Shown in pieces: positions 61,718 through 64,000 of a stretch of 64,000 nt of DNA; positions within the stretch are counted from its first letter, which is position 1; each line of letters opens with the position of its first letter. The stretch is from Bilabrum cf. latius. Lineage: Eukaryota. The DNA is taken from contig OZ237764.1 of the NCBI GenBank assembly GCA_965178125.1, positions 496,001 to 560,000 of the forward strand. The letters are read 5' to 3'. The notes beneath the pieces are model-generated. The model made no database searches. It was not told the origin of the DNA and saw nothing but the letters and a program-made list of their open reading frames with translations. The translations under genes were made by a program, and so were the position numbers.

Positions 61718-64000
61718 TTAGTGCGATCCGCCCATGCCGCCTAGCGAGTCGAGAATCTCGCCCAGGCCATCCCAGCCTCGCTTGGCTTCCTTCCTGCCAG
61801 CCGCACTGGCAAGCCCGCCATCGTCATGACGGCCACCACCAACCCCGCTCTCCCTGCATGCATAGCTACCCATCAACACGTCAGATGCATCGGATGCAAC
61901 ATGTCCTCTGTAGGGACTGGCCGCCTCGCCCTCGCCAGCCGCTGCTCGTTGATACTGCCCAGCGGCTGCATCGCTCCCAGTCCTCCTCCGCTTCTTCCAG
62001 CGAGAGGATCCGTCCGAGTGGCGAGCGGCAGCCGTTCCAAGCTAGGCGAGCTCTAGGGGCAGGCTCCCCCCTAGAGCCCGGCCCCGAAATCCCCGGGCAA
62101 AACCAGAAGACAAGGAAGAGGCGGCGGATTCGTTCGAAGTAGACCGGTCCGGCGCGATGGATCCAGAGGCGGTGGCGGAGACGTCTGGTCTGGACCGCTT
62201 CTGGCCCAGCCCATTGGCACCCTTGGCTGCATTCACTTCCTTCTGGATGTAGTCGATCGACAGGAAGGTGCTTTCCAGTGACCTGGACACACTTGGTGTC
62301 GGCTTGGAGCTTGCGCCTGCTCTAGATCTAGATCCAGAGGTAGGCTTTGCATCTTTGCGGCTGGTCTTGGAAGACCGAGCCTTGACAGGCTCTCTCGTGG
62401 ACTTGACACTCGGGCCGACCTCTGCTTTGCTGCTAGCGAAACCGGCAGACTTGAGGCTGTCATCGGTAGACGACACATGAACACCGCCTGCTGCTGTCCC
62501 GTGACCGGCGACAGCCAGGCTGGCAGTTGCTGAGGAGGCGGCCGCTAGCTCGTCGTCAGCGCCGCGCCTGCTTCCCGACGTGCTACCACTATCCGATGTG
62601 ACGCACGTGTTTGCGCCATCGCCGAGACGGGCAATGCCTGTCGCTGCCGACAAGGCCGGTACCACTGCAGTCTAGGTTGCTGGAGCGCTCTTCTTTCGGT
62701 CGGAAGGTGCGCGCGAAACAGAGTGGCCTGCTTGTGTATCGTTCCTCCCCGTCTTTTTTTGCTTCCCACTCGTTTTCTGCCCTCCAATCAGCGGTGCAAA
62801 TGGAATCTCCGCCGCCTGGCGGTCTGGCTGCAACGGCTGGAACTCGGGGGTGGTGGCGGCGATGGCCGCAGCTGCCACCGCGACGGCTTCATTGGCCTTC
62901 TTGGCCGAATCGCTCGCGCTAGAACCGCTGGCAGAGGAACCATCGCTTCGTTCGCGCATGGCCCTCTGCAGGATCAAAGAGGCAGACAGCGGACCGCTGG
63001 CATTCGAGCTCGAGGCGGATGCACGAGCCGACCCCCCGCTGTCCCGCTTTCGACTGCTTGCAGCCATTCCACTAGACCTAGCACCCGCACCTACTCTGCT
63101 TCGTGTTGGACTGCCTCTGAGCTCAGAGTGCTTCGAAGGTCTGGCTCTAGGAGTGGCGGAGGCTGGCGTAGCGCGGGCTGTTCCCGGGGAGGACGGTGGC
63201 ACCGGTCGTGACGCAGCCGAGGCGGGGGTACGAGGCCCAGCGACGACCGGCACCGCCCTTGCTCTGGTCATGAGTCCTAGCTACAACTGAGCCTCAAGCC
63301 GTGTCAGCTTGCACTGCCTTGCAGCGTTCAGTGCCATCTGGGAGTGGAGCCCGATCTCGAGTGCGCTTGGCCTGTGCCCGGCTGTGAGGACGATCAGCTC
63401 CTTGAAGTGGAAGATGTAGCTCGATTCGAAGCTGACCGAGTCATTCACGGGACAAGGCTATACGGACTCAGTAGCGGTGGGCAAATCTGCCGAACTTGGC
63501 CGTTCGGCTGCGCTGGAACTCGCCATCGAACCAGCACAAGACGCTCGTCGGTCCCCTTTCCGAGTCCCATTTCTGGCCTTCTGTCTGACCGGACTGCCAG
63601 GAGAACTAGTGTCATCCTCCATGGGCGCCTATCCAGTGCTTTTCCCCAACGTCACTTGACCCTGATTGGTCCGAGTGTACGGGCGGGAAGGGCTTGCTTG
63701 ACTATTTGCGGACTGATCAGATGAGCCTGACTCGTTGGCATGAGCCTGCATCCGCCAGTGCCGGTGCCTAAACAGACCCAAAATCCACCTAATTCCCACC
63801 TCTGACACACCCTACTACCGCAGCCCTCGGGGCTCAAGGAACACGCGACACGGTGCCTCTGGGAGAGACGCTTCAATCCACAGCGCGGTGCCAAACCGAC
63901 CCTTGCTGCCCTCCAGCAGGAACTCGCGCAAGCGATCCCGGGCGGTAGCTGATACCCCAGGCAACGGCTGGATCGCATCGGCTTGACCTGCAGCACGAGA
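61718..64000 (-). CDS. Ser/Ala/Arg-rich hypothetical protein, 5'-partial
   Basis: A single frame is open from the window edge through 62672..63271 and 62042..62665 with only TAG interruptions; it ends ...GMGGSH-TAA at 61718-61720. Confidence 0.65.

Noticed and set aside
2-64000. Interpreting TAG-interrupted genes as pseudogenes or as C-to-T damage/RIP/sequencing error
   Set aside because: Decay or C>T damage would also create TAA (from CAA), TGA (from CGA) and frameshifts. None were seen inside these genes, which include normally essential RIO2 and UBA3.
1-64000. tRNA (including a suppressor tRNA-CUA), rRNA or endogenous virophage/Polinton sequence
   Set aside because: No cloverleaf, rRNA-like segment, or long AT-rich island with capsid/integrase ORFs was recognised. 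A tRNAscan-SE run is needed to exclude a tRNA formally.

Overview
This is GC-rich, gene-dense eukaryotic nuclear DNA with short GT-AG spliceosomal introns, probably from a heterotrophic protist. The Ala/Gly-inflated proteins resemble Cafeteria-like bicosoecid stramenopiles, but that placement is inference only. The main finding is a non-standard nuclear genetic code in which UAG is a sense codon, most likely Gln, while both UAA and UGA remain stops. By hand count, more than 80 in-frame TAGs interrupt otherwise intact genes, including RIO2, UBA3, G-alpha, pirin, a DnaJ-thioredoxin protein and an eIF4G-like gene. Five TAGs align exactly with CAG in a paralogous lectin pair, and every gene end I could trace is TGA or TAA. 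Re-read this way, the fragmented ORF track collapses into about 17 genes. These include a partial giant protein of more than 4,190 aa and a ~3,570-aa RCC1/FG-GAP/IPT/FN3/multi-TM surface protein. The window also has three strongly over-represented short DNA motifs inside exons: TGTGACGAGTG, GGTTGCAACC and TGCATCGCAC. A tandem duplication covers a GH74-like gene 3' end plus a triple bulb-lectin gene. Two hAT-like TIR elements have their empty sites preserved in the duplicate block, and one carries a decayed OTU-protease domain. All identifications are from motif recognition by eye; no database searches were run.
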